Shown here piece by piece: positions 27,726-37,409 of a stretch of DNA of 64,000 bases (position 1 is the stretch's first letter; each line of letters opens with the position of its first letter). A program made the translations under genes and the position numbers. Source of the stretch: Myxococcota bacterium (lineage in GTDB: Bacteria; Myxococcota_A; SURF-8); NCBI GenBank assembly GCA_963674735.2, contig CAXXQS010000001.1, positions 1,856,001 to 1,920,000 of the forward strand, given 5' to 3'. The notes under the pieces were generated by a model. The model searched no databases, was not told the DNA's origin, and saw only the letters and a program-made list of their open reading frames with translations.

Positions 27726-29546
27726 CTATTCCCGAGTGGCGTTAGACAAAATCTCACGCGTTTTCTTGAGATAGGTTTCCAACTCAACCATTTGCTGAAG
27801 ATCTTCAGACTCGATAGCGGATTTAGCGGTACCGACCACCTTACGAATCCGGTCGAACGCTTTGCGGCTCTCCTCCGATTTGTCGAACTGATCCGCCAGG
27901 TTCGGCATAACGGTCTCGATGTAATAGACCATGGATTCCACATTGGAGCGCACGCGGCTAAGCTGGTCGTCGTATTCTTGTTCCAGAGCATATTCGCGAT
28001 TGTCTTCGATCATACCCTGAATTTCTTTATCGGTCAGATAACTATAAGCGCTCACGGTGATGGACTGCTGTTCTCCGGTATCCATATCCCGTGCGGAGAC
28101 CTTGAGCGTCCCGTCCGCGTCGAGTTCGAAGAAAACTTTAATGCGTGTCTCACCACGCAATGCACGTTTCAGATTCGAAAGCGTAAACTCGCCCAAAACC
28201 GTGTTTTCGGTGGCCGCATCGGCTTCACCCTGCAAGACAACGATTCGGGCCGTTTCCTGATAATCGATTTCGGTGGTGAAGATATGACTCTTCGAAATCG
28301 GAATCGGCGAATCTTTGGAGATGATTTCCTTGAAATAACCGCCCGTTATCGCTATTCCTAGCGGATGCGGCGTGAGATCCAGCAGCAACATGTTCTGCGA
28401 CTTGGACTCCAGCAGCATATTCCCTTGAATCGCAGCACCCAGAGCCACCGCTTCATCGGGATTCAAGCTCTTTTGCGGCGTATTCTGGAAAAACTCGGTT
28501 ACGGCATTCTGAACCATCGGCATACGAGTCTGACCGCCGACCAACAGAATCGTATCGATATCCTCCGCTCTTAACTGAGCATCGCGAAGAGCGCGCGAAC
28601 TGATATCGATGGTTCGCTCCACCAAGTCTTCCACCATCTCTTCAAGGTCGGTACGCGTAAGTTTCTTGTGAAGGTGCAAAGGCTCCTGCTTATCATCGGT
28701 GGAGATAAACGGCAAATTGATTTCCGTTTCGGAAACCGTCGAAAGCGAGATCTTGGCCGTTTCCGCCGCATCCTTCAGGCGTTGGATCGCCATCTTGTCT
28801 TCGCGCAGATCCAACTCGTGTTCCTGATAAAACTCGTCGAGCAACCATTCCATCACGCGACTGTCGAAATCCTCACCGCCAAGGAAGGTATCGCCATTCG
28901 AGGTTACCACCTCATAGACGCCTTCGTTGATTTCGAGGATGGAAATATCGAAGGTACCGCCGCCGAGATCGTACACGACAACTTTCTTATTGATCGATTT
29001 CCCGAATCCATAAGCCAAGGCGGCTGCAGTGGGTTCGTTGATGATACGAATCACGTCCAGCCCGGCGATTGCACCGGCATCTTTGGTTGCCTGACGTTGC
29101 GGATCCTTGAAATAGGCCGGGACGGTAATGACGACTTTCTTGACGGGCTGACCTAAGTGTTCCTCGGCGATTTTGGCCATTTCGGCCAGAATCATCGACT
29201 GAATCTCCGGCACGGAGTAAACCTTGCCATGCAGTTGAACACGAACATCCTTGTGCGGTCCTTCGACCAGTTCAAACGGGCTGGAGATCATGGCCGACTG
29301 CACACTGGGCGAGTCGAAATTACGTCCAACCAGACGTTTGGCCGAGAAAACGGTGTTCGTGGGATTCGTGATGGCCTGACGCTTAGCTGCGTATCCGATC
29401 AGCCGCTTACCGGAAGCGGTGATAGCCACAACGGAAGGCGTAATTTTATAGCCGGACTTATTCGGTATGACAACCGGAACCCCCTCATCGATATATGCGA
29501 CACAGGAGTTTGTCGTCCCCAAATCGATTCCGATTACATTGCTCAT
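27726..29546 (-). CDS. dnaK: Hsp70/DnaK-family chaperone (divergent paralogue)
   Basis: GIDLGTTNS, ITVPAYF, INEPTAAALAYG, DLGGGTFD, LGGEDFD, VGGQTRMP; substrate-binding domain diverged and no disordered C-terminal tail. Confidence 0.85.
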   Translation of the reverse strand: MSNVIGIDLGTTNSCVAYIDEGVPVVIPNKSGYKITPSVVAITASGKRLIGYAAKRQAITNPTNTVFSAKRLVGRNFDSPSVQSAMISSPFELVEGPHKDVRVQLHGKVYSVPEIQSMILAEMAKIAEEHLGQPVKKVVITVPAYFKDPQRQATKDAGAIAGLDVIRIINEPTAAALAYGFGKSINKKVVVYDLGGGTFDISILEINEGVYEVVTSNGDTFLGGEDFDSRVMEWLLDEFYQEHELDLREDKMAIQRLKDAAETAKISLSTVSETEINLPFISTDDKQEPLHLHKKLTRTDLEEMVEDLVERTIDISSRALRDAQLRAEDIDTILLVGGQTRMPMVQNAVTEFFQNTPQKSLNPDEAVALGAAIQGNMLLESKSQNMLLLDLTPHPLGIAITGGYFKEIISKDSPIPISKSHIFTTEIDYQETARIVVLQGEADAATENTVLGEFTLSNLKRALRGETRIKVFFELDADGTLKVSARDMDTGEQQSITVSAYSYLTDKEIQGMIEDNREYALEQEYDDQLSRVRSNVESMVYYIETVMPNLADQFDKSEESRKAFDRIRKVVGTAKSAIESEDLQQMVELETYLKKTREILSNATRE

Positions 29547-29593
29547 CGATAGTCAACCTTACAGGAAGGCAAATTCCGTTAATCCACTGATCC

Positions 29594-30814
29594 TTAAAAC
29601 CACTTTTTGGCTTCTTTGTAGAGGGCTTTTGCCTGGGCGTTTTCGGGATCCCGCTTTAGGACAGCCTCAAACTGTTCAACCGCTTCATTCTTCTTTCGCA
29701 ACTTTAACAGAATCTGCCCCAACAACAAGCGAAATTCCATATCTTGCGGATCACTCTGGACTGCACGTTTAGCGTAGGGAACGGCCTTGTCGAGATCGTT
29801 CTGATCTACGTACATCCTCGCTACCTTGGCGTTGAATTCACTTCCTGACGGATACGTGTCCGCCGCTTTGATATAAGCCTCGAAATAGCCATCCTGGCCG
29901 TAGGACTCTAAAACCGATCCCCGTTGGAACAGCCGTTCAGCCGTCGCTTTGTTGGCAAGATCCTTTACTTGGTCGGCTTTGGCTTTGTAAAGTTCGTTAT
30001 AGGGGTCATAGGTGATGGCCAATTTGAAATTCGTCGATGCAGACAACCAAGCCTGCTTTTCGATATCCGCCATCCCGGCTTCGAAAAACTCACGGCCTTT
30101 CTCGACACGAGCCATCATAGGATTGTGCTTGACGCGGCTCTCTTTTCTTTCCTGATGAATCCGCCGTTTGCGAGCTTCGGGGTCTTCTTCAAGATCCGTT
30201 TCATCAGGCGTCAGTCGCCCCTCTTCGATAAGCTGTTTGCGGTATTCCCGCCGTTCACTCGAATCGGTCAGCGTACTATGGGCTACCCCAAGTGCATTAT
30301 ATATTTTATTGAGTTTACTTTTATAAGATCCCAACTGCTTGCGAAAGTAATTGTCTGGATGAAATCGCCGAGACAATCGAACAAACGCCTTCTTGATCTC
30401 ATCGACGGTGGCCAGAGTTGAAACGTCCAGGAGTTCGTAATAGGTACACTCATCCAACTTACTGTAAAGGAAAAGAATTTCTTTCTTCTCCTCCATCGTG
30501 ATTTCCACATCTTCTTGAATCTCAGCAGGATTGAAAATAAAACCGCCGTAATCTCGCTGAGCTTCCGAAGATTGTTCTTTTGCTTTGTTTTCTTCAGGAT
30601 TGGTGATTAAAAGCACCCCTTGATCAACCAACCGCTTGATGATTGTTGCCGTGGCCTCACGATTGAGAAGACTGACCTGATAGACTTCCTTGACGGTGCT
30701 CTTATTGTGAATCCGAGAGAGAATAAACCCCTCTTGGGCCGTGATGTTCAGCTGTGTAACATCAACCCCCAATCTGATTTGGACAATCGAATCTTCCTGG
30801 ATCATCTTCGACAT
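29594..30814 (-). CDS. J-domain + TPR co-chaperone with an N-terminal winged-helix-like domain
   Basis: YYELLDV..EIKKAF..RRFHPD J-domain with intact HPD; C-terminal TPRs; directly upstream of the DnaK paralogue. Confidence 0.85.
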   Translation of the reverse strand: MSKMIQEDSIVQIRLGVDVTQLNITAQEGFILSRIHNKSTVKEVYQVSLLNREATATIIKRLVDQGVLLITNPEENKAKEQSSEAQRDYGGFIFNPAEIQEDVEITMEEKKEILFLYSKLDECTYYELLDVSTLATVDEIKKAFVRLSRRFHPDNYFRKQLGSYKSKLNKIYNALGVAHSTLTDSSERREYRKQLIEEGRLTPDETDLEEDPEARKRRIHQERKESRVKHNPMMARVEKGREFFEAGMADIEKQAWLSASTNFKLAITYDPYNELYKAKADQVKDLANKATAERLFQRGSVLESYGQDGYFEAYIKAADTYPSGSEFNAKVARMYVDQNDLDKAVPYAKRAVQSDPQDMEFRLLLGQILLKLRKKNEAVEQFEAVLKRDPENAQAKALYKEAKKWF

Positions 30815-30977
30815 GGGTAAAAACGGTCACCCTTCCCAAATACAGCCAAGTTGTTTGTAACTCATCTTGTCTTCCAATAGGTCTCGCGATATTACCCCCA
30901 GCCTACACAAAAGTCAAGGAACCATGAAGGCTTGCCTTGCATCCGACAAGAGGGAATGATAAGCTTTACTCACTATT

Positions 30978-31742
30978 TTGCAAACTCCGCCTTTGCAAGT
31001 ATTGGAATATATGGAAAATAACAAACTCCGCATCGTTCAAAAAAATCAATCTTTCAAGCAAAGAACCGAGCCTCGTGTTTGTTATCGACTTGAAGCCGAC
31101 AATAAAATCAGCTCGGAAAATCGCAGCATCAGTAAGATTGGGGGACTCCCATACTGGCCTGTTTCAGAAGCATGGCCGTTATGTTCCGGTTGCGGCGATC
31201 CTCTGAGCTTCATTGCACAATTACGTAGCGATGACGCCTTTAAAATCTCTCCCACATTTCCGCGTTTTCTTTGTTTTTTCTACTGTTTTCGATGCGCTCC
31301 CTGGTGGGACGTAGCCAATGAAGGTTTTTTGCTGCGCTGGATGTCGATACGGACGGATGTCGAGTTGCTACCGGCCAAAGCAACGCCCCTACCGGCCCCC
31401 AATTCTCCACCCCCGGTTGCGTTAACGACAACTCAATGCTCAGACTATCCCGATCTGCATTTTCTTATGAGTGAACGAAATTATGAAGCGGCATCCGCAC
31501 AAATTGCTTTGGCTCATCAGCCTAATTTGTCGACTTCGAAGTTGGGGGGCTACCCGACCTGGATCCAAAAGCCGGACATCCCGCTCTGTCGCAGTTGTTC
31601 AGCCCCCATGCGATTTCTCGGACAGTTAAATACGGGAAAAGGAGAGTTCCTGCCTGGCTGGGAAACCGGGCGGTTCTATTTCTTCGGTTGCAGCCAATCA
31701 TGCACCACCGACGCACTTTCCATCGTTATGCAGGCAGATTGA
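30978..31742 (+). CDS. DUF1963/YwqG-like protein
   Basis: Two internal repeats SK(I/L)GGxPxW...PLCxxCxxP(L/M)xF(I/L)xQL. Start may be ATG 31011. Confidence 0.7.
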   Translation: MQTPPLQVLEYMENNKLRIVQKNQSFKQRTEPRVCYRLEADNKISSENRSISKIGGLPYWPVSEAWPLCSGCGDPLSFIAQLRSDDAFKISPTFPRFLCFFYCFRCAPWWDVANEGFLLRWMSIRTDVELLPAKATPLPAPNSPPPVALTTTQCSDYPDLHFLMSERNYEAASAQIALAHQPNLSTSKLGGYPTWIQKPDIPLCRSCSAPMRFLGQLNTGKGEFLPGWETGRFYFFGCSQSCTTDALSIVMQAD

Positions 31743-31752
31743 CGGAAACCAC

Positions 31753-34119
31753 TCATTCCCGGTTGTAGCGGTTGTTGATGCGAGAGGTTTGCCCCCCCCG
31801 AATATTGATTTTTCGAACATCATGAATATTGAAATCCGGATTGATGAGCTTCAATTCATGCTGCCCGACCGGCAGCTTGATATTCATGGCCGGTGAATAG
31901 CGACCGGTAAAACGGCCGTTGATATAGATCTTGGCCTGAGGATCGGTGAAAACGGTCAGCCAACCGTAGTTGAGTTTGGTTTCTTTTCGCGAAGGAGATT
32001 CGATCCTCGACTGTCCTTCAGGCAAAAGTTCGACCTCCACTCGTTTTTCGTCTCCAGCAAAAGCCTGAATTTTGAGATTACTCGCCTGATACCCCGCCTT
32101 AACCAATTTGATTTGGTAGTGTTTGCCGCTTTCCAAATCGCTGATCCGGGCCGGTGTCAGATAGGCGGTCTTCTTTCCATCGATCCAAACTTGAGCCCCA
32201 GGCGGCTCGGAAATCACCCGGGCCGACGGAGACAACGGAGATAAAACAAGCGAGGTCGTATGAAACGCTTCTTTTTCGAGAACAACAGACAAAATTTCGT
32301 CTTTATATCCGGTCGCAGTTACTTTTAGCGTGTGTGGCACCCCAGCCTTGACATCCTTGATCACAGTTGGCGTCGGTCCGGGAGCAGGTTTGTTGTTCAG
32401 CCAGACTTCCGCACCGGATGGTTCCGACTGCACCAGTAACACCGCCGGGGCCATGCCCGCCTCGTATAACCCACCGAAGACCTTTTCCTGCCTGTCATTT
32501 TTAATTCGAAACGGGACGCGGTCGGCAAGAAACCCGCTTTTTTCAAAGACGGCCTCATGCTCCCCCACCGGATAATCCACAATCTTGCAGGGGGTAATGC
32601 ATATCTCCTGCCCGTCAACGCGAACAACAGTATCAACACGATTGGCATTGAAAATCACGGTACCGGATTCACCAGGAGTACCCAGAGTGATAATTTTCTC
32701 TTCGACATTTTCCACCAGAAACCAACCGACCAAAATCAACATCGCCAGAAGAACAGTGAGGATGCCGCCCAACAAAGTGGGCGAAATGAATGGACCAATT
32801 TCCTGTTCATCATTGATCAGCGGTTTGTCTTCATTTTCTTCGCTGAAAACCGGCAGAGGACTGCTTTTTTCTTTTGTTCGGGCTAGGCGGGTCGGCTTCT
32901 TTCGGGGCTGAGTGATGGGTTTCGACCCTGTTTTTTGCGATTTCGGAGATTCTTCAACCGGCTTTTTCTCTTCAGCTTTACGCTCTTTTTCCTTCCCTGG
33001 CTTCTTGGCCGGCACCACATCGGAAGCGATTTCGACCGGTTCCTCTATCTCGCTTTTTTCCCGAGGTGCAACACTTTCAGTCCGCAACGAGCGAACCGAA
33101 GCCTGTTCCAGGGCAGCCAAATCGATACCCAGGTGGTTGAAATCGAGCTTTTCAACTTTCTCGACCAACTGGGTAGCACGATCCAAATCCTGCTTGAAAT
33201 TCTCCTTCATCCAAGCAGAAAGAGCATGTTGGGTAAAAATGGTTTCTTGCTTGTAAAGATAGCGCTGCAGGTCGTGCTGCATATCGAGAGCGGAGGCGTA
33301 ACGCTTGTTCATGTCTCGCTCGAGCGCCCTCATCACCATGGCATCCACTTCCGGTGGAATTTGGTCGTTGTAATGGGATGGTGGAGTGATTTCCATCCCG
33401 CGCACCTTTTCCAAGGTGGCAAAGTCGGTGTCTCCGACAAAGAGGCGGCGGGCAGCCAGCATTTCATACAGCACGATACCCACGGAAAACACATCCGAGC
33501 GGCCATCGATCGGTAGACCGCGTACCTGCTCGGGAGACATATATCCGAACTTCCCCTTGAGAATACCCGCCTGCGTCTTTGATATTTTCCGTGCGGCCTT
33601 GGCGATTCCGAAATCGATCAGCTTCACTTCGCCTTCGTGGGACAGCAGAATATTCGGCGGGCTGACGTCGCGGTGAACGATATTGAGCGGCTGTTGCGTT
33701 GCATCCGTTTTGCGATGCGCATAGTCCAGCCCTCCAAGAATTTCAGCGGCAATAAAAAGGGCCATTTCAACAGGCAGCCGTTTGCGTGTTTTCTTTTGCC
33801 GATCGAAAATCGCCCTCAGGTCTTTCCCTTCAACATATTCCAGCGCGATGAAGTAAGCGTCGTTGACAACGCCAAGATCGTAAATCTGTGCAATATTAGC
33901 ATGGTGCAGTTGCCCGGCGATGTTCGCTTCATCGACAAACATCTTGATGAATTCATCATCTTCAGCAACATTCGGCAATACTCGCTTGATCGCCAGAATT
34001 TTTTGAAAACCGGACACTCCGACGGTGATCGCTTTAAAAACCTCGGCCATCCCCCCGACAGAGACCCGGTCGATTAGCAGGTATTTCCCAAAGACTTCCG
34101 GTTGTTCCACGTGCTCCAT
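31753..34119 (-). CDS. Membrane Ser/Thr protein kinase with extracytoplasmic PEGA domains
   Basis: FGKY..GGMAEVF, AIKR, HRDVSPPNIL, DFG, GYMSPE; one TM helix; repeated SEPxGAxVxxDG PEGA units. Confidence 0.93.
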   Translation of the reverse strand: MEHVEQPEVFGKYLLIDRVSVGGMAEVFKAITVGVSGFQKILAIKRVLPNVAEDDEFIKMFVDEANIAGQLHHANIAQIYDLGVVNDAYFIALEYVEGKDLRAIFDRQKKTRKRLPVEMALFIAAEILGGLDYAHRKTDATQQPLNIVHRDVSPPNILLSHEGEVKLIDFGIAKAARKISKTQAGILKGKFGYMSPEQVRGLPIDGRSDVFSVGIVLYEMLAARRLFVGDTDFATLEKVRGMEITPPSHYNDQIPPEVDAMVMRALERDMNKRYASALDMQHDLQRYLYKQETIFTQHALSAWMKENFKQDLDRATQLVEKVEKLDFNHLGIDLAALEQASVRSLRTESVAPREKSEIEEPVEIASDVVPAKKPGKEKERKAEEKKPVEESPKSQKTGSKPITQPRKKPTRLARTKEKSSPLPVFSEENEDKPLINDEQEIGPFISPTLLGGILTVLLAMLILVGWFLVENVEEKIITLGTPGESGTVIFNANRVDTVVRVDGQEICITPCKIVDYPVGEHEAVFEKSGFLADRVPFRIKNDRQEKVFGGLYEAGMAPAVLLVQSEPSGAEVWLNNKPAPGPTPTVIKDVKAGVPHTLKVTATGYKDEILSVVLEKEAFHTTSLVLSPLSPSARVISEPPGAQVWIDGKKTAYLTPARISDLESGKHYQIKLVKAGYQASNLKIQAFAGDEKRVEVELLPEGQSRIESPSRKETKLNYGWLTVFTDPQAKIYINGRFTGRYSPAMNIKLPVGQHELKLINPDFNIHDVRKINIRGGQTSRINNRYNRE

Positions 34120-34390
34120 CCAATATAAAACGCTAGAATTTTCAGGAAGATTAGTTCAAAAACCATTGAAATGTCAAGACATCCGCATCGGAATAAGTGA
34201 AGCCGCTATCTCCTTCGAGACCACCGCTCATTCAAATGCCTGAAATAATGAACCCATTATCGCCCCCTATCGCTTTTTTCGTTAGGATGTTGTAAGATTC
34301 CTTCTTGTTCGTCAATTCGATGATCCCGTTCCCTGAACGGGCGGTTATCAGACGAGACAAGTTGCAGAGAAATAAAAGCGACAAAAGGAT

Positions 34391-36070
34391 GTGATGATGA
34401 AGACGATGGCGTCAAGCTTCGGATGGGTGGGATGGATTGGGATCATGTTGTTCGCCGTCGGCTGCGGTTCGAACGACTCCATCAATCAACCGATGGGCGA
34501 TGCAGACCCCGACCTTGAGACGGTGGAAGATGGCGATCTTCCTCAATCCGACGGCGATAACGAATCCGAATCCGACAACGAAATCGATGCCATTGACGGT
34601 GACGCGGATAATGAACTTTCGGAAGAATCCGACAAAACCGAAACCTCGACAGACGGGGATGAAGACACGTCGACCGACGGCGACCAAGATCCGATCCAAA
34701 CGGACGGCGATGAGAGCGAAATGGAGCTAGAGCAGGAAGACGAGCAGGCAGAAGCCGAAATCGCCGATCAGGAGGACGACACCGAGACGGTTGAGGCAGA
34801 AACCGAAATAGAGGAAGAAGCAACCCTCGTTTGTGACGCGGAAACCGACCCACTCGACGTTTACCATCTGCTTGACGAACCGTATTTCTCCGACCTCACC
34901 TGGAGCTACGAAGGTGAAATTTCGAAACGCTGCGACTCCGACGGATTCATTTTCGCCGGGGCGAGAGGAATGCAAGTCTCGATCGAATTGAAACAGCGCA
35001 CTACCTACATGCCACTCAATGGACGCCTCATTCTAACAGACATCGCCGCAGTGAGCGGTCGCCGTGAGACGGAGATTTACTTCGACCAATCGCTCGAAGG
35101 GCCATCCGGAACCGTCCAGACCAGTTTCACCCTGCCCTATTCCGGCGAATATCTCGTCTTGGTGGCCGGACGCGGCAACGTGCAGACCGGAGCATACACG
35201 CTGGAAACCACCTGCACCGCCAATTGCGGACGCCGTTTCACCCGTCATCCGGTGGTTCTCATGCACGGCATGGCAGGTTTCGACAATGCACTTGGGTTTT
35301 ACGACTACTTTTACGGAGTCGAAGCGGACTTGTGGGATAGGGGCTACAACGTGGATTCCACCGAAGTGGCCATGTTCAACGATTCCGTCTACCGCGCAAA
35401 CGAAGTCGAGCGCCAGCTCATGGAAAAGCTGGAAGACACCGGAGCTCGCAAGCTCAATCTGGTCGTTCACTCGCAAGGCGGACTCGATGCACGCCATTTC
35501 ATCAGCGTGATGGGACATGCCGACGATGTCTCGGTGTTGGCCATGGTCGCCACTCCCAACCGCGGCGTTATTTTAGGCGACATGGTACTGGGAACCGTCA
35601 CCGGCGTCAGCCAGGACGTCATCGCTTCCATCATCGATTTTTTCGGCAACCTGATCGACGCCTCGGATAGCGACATCGTTGCGGCCTTGGGCCAGATTTC
35701 TACCGCGCAGATGGAAAATGAATTCAACCCCGCCCATCCTGACGCCCCAAATGTGGAGTATTGGTCCTGGGCGGGCGTCACCTGCGGATTCTTCGACTTC
35801 GACTGCCGCGACGACCACGGCGGCGAATATGTCGGTGCCGCCCTCTCCCTGACTTATGGCCTGATCAAAAACGGCCCAGAGGAAGAAGGCTACGGTCCCA
35901 ACGACGGCATGGTGCCGCTTTACAGCGCTCAATGGGGCACCTTTATGGGCATCGTCAATGCCGACCATGCCGACGAAATCGGGCAGCTCAAATCGCCTTT
36001 GATCAACGGCTTCGATCACAAACAGCTTTATCGCGACATCGTGTTTAAACTTTATGACGAAGGATTCTAA
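34391..36070 (+). CDS. Lipoprotein triacylglycerol lipase with DGD-rich acidic stalk and PPC-like domain
   Basis: AVGC lipobox; acidic linker; TRHPVVLMHGMAGF, VHSQGG, TPNRG, NDGMVP..SA.WG, ADHAD (Pseudomonas-type lipase motifs). Confidence 0.85.
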   Translation: MMMKTMASSFGWVGWIGIMLFAVGCGSNDSINQPMGDADPDLETVEDGDLPQSDGDNESESDNEIDAIDGDADNELSEESDKTETSTDGDEDTSTDGDQDPIQTDGDESEMELEQEDEQAEAEIADQEDDTETVEAETEIEEEATLVCDAETDPLDVYHLLDEPYFSDLTWSYEGEISKRCDSDGFIFAGARGMQVSIELKQRTTYMPLNGRLILTDIAAVSGRRETEIYFDQSLEGPSGTVQTSFTLPYSGEYLVLVAGRGNVQTGAYTLETTCTANCGRRFTRHPVVLMHGMAGFDNALGFYDYFYGVEADLWDRGYNVDSTEVAMFNDSVYRANEVERQLMEKLEDTGARKLNLVVHSQGGLDARHFISVMGHADDVSVLAMVATPNRGVILGDMVLGTVTGVSQDVIASIIDFFGNLIDASDSDIVAALGQISTAQMENEFNPAHPDAPNVEYWSWAGVTCGFFDFDCRDDHGGEYVGAALSLTYGLIKNGPEEEGYGPNDGMVPLYSAQWGTFMGIVNADHADEIGQLKSPLINGFDHKQLYRDIVFKLYDEGF

Positions 36071-36116
36071 TCGCGCGCCTTGAATCGGACCGTCTAAACC
36101 GGGAGGAACGCCAATC

Positions 36117-37223
36117 ATGCAAGATGGAACCGTTTATTTTGTTCCTTATTCGATTCATAAAGACCCCCGCAATGTGCTGGTGCGCATGCGTGCCGCCTGC
36201 GAGGAAGTCGGAATTGCAACGTTCATCCGTCCGGACGATTTCTGCGCCATCAAAATGCATTTTGGCGAGTTCGGCATCACCAGCTATTTGCGTCCGGCCT
36301 ATCCACGCACCCTGGTCGCCATGCTCAAAGATCTGGGCGCACGTCCCTTCCTCACCGACACCAACACCCTTTACCGGGTGGCGCGACACAATGCGGTCGA
36401 CCATCTAACCACGGCGCATCAGAACGGTTTTTCCTACGGTTCGGTCGGCGCACCACTCATCATCGCCGACGGACTCCATGGTCACGCTCATCAGGAAGTC
36501 GACTACGACGGCAAACACCTGACGAAAATCTCCATCCCCGACGCCATTCACGATGCCGACTCGATGCTGGTGCTCAGCCATTTCACCGCCCATCTGGCCG
36601 CCGGTTTCGGCGCGGCGGTGAAAAACCTGTCCATGGGCTGCTCCAATCCCCAGGGCAAACGGCGCATGCACTGTCACTCCAAACCGACCGTGGACACCGA
36701 CACCTGCACAGCCTGCGGGATGTGTGCCCGCTGGTGCCCCACCGGCGCCATTACCGTGGACGACTACGCCTCCGTTAATGAAGACCTCTGCATGGCCTGC
36801 GGCGAATGCACCGTGGTGTGTCCCGTGCAGGCAGTGAAGATCCCCTGGGACGAAAACTCGTCGATTTTGCAGGAAAAGATGGCCGAACACGCTCATGCGG
36901 TCGTCCAGCAGAAGAAAGATCGGATTTTCTTCGTCAATTGCTTAGTCGATATCACCCCCCACTGCGACTGCATGGAACAAAGCGAACCGGTCTTCAAACC
37001 TGATGTTGGAATCCTGCTCGGAAGCGACCCGGTAGCCGTGGATCAGGCCTGCATCGACTTTGTTTCCGGCAAACTCAATTGGGATGGCCGCCGCTTGACC
37101 GAAGGCGAGCCCGGCGACCCGCTACGGGCGATTTACAAACACATCGACTGGCAGGTTCAACTGGCCTATGCCGAAACAATCGGTCTCGGGTCGCGTAGCT
37201 ACGAGCTTAAATTGATGCGCTGA
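36117..37223 (+). CDS. DUF362 protein with an inserted 2[4Fe-4S] ferredoxin domain
   Basis: AIKMHFGE, PFLTDTNTLY, IIADGL, two CxxCxxCxxxCP motifs, DITPHCDC, SDPVAVDQA. Confidence 0.88.
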   Translation: MQDGTVYFVPYSIHKDPRNVLVRMRAACEEVGIATFIRPDDFCAIKMHFGEFGITSYLRPAYPRTLVAMLKDLGARPFLTDTNTLYRVARHNAVDHLTTAHQNGFSYGSVGAPLIIADGLHGHAHQEVDYDGKHLTKISIPDAIHDADSMLVLSHFTAHLAAGFGAAVKNLSMGCSNPQGKRRMHCHSKPTVDTDTCTACGMCARWCPTGAITVDDYASVNEDLCMACGECTVVCPVQAVKIPWDENSSILQEKMAEHAHAVVQQKKDRIFFVNCLVDITPHCDCMEQSEPVFKPDVGILLGSDPVAVDQACIDFVSGKLNWDGRRLTEGEPGDPLRAIYKHIDWQVQLAYAETIGLGSRSYELKLMR

Positions 37224-37409
37224 GCACCTGGATAACATGCATCACGAGGTTGAAAAACCGGGTGCGAATGGTCTTCTTCAATGACCTTGATCGTGTCGAG
37301 CATCGCCAATCTCCCAGGTTCTGACTGACCTGTGGCCCATCACAAAAGACCGGAGAGCTATCGGGGCCTTTCTTATTTTCACTCAAACGAGAAAGCACCC
37401 CGCACTATT

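Noticed and set aside
37224-37409. Hairpins between the convergent DUF362 and RND genes
   Set aside because: Short imperfect stems without a clear T-tract or recognisable RNA motif.
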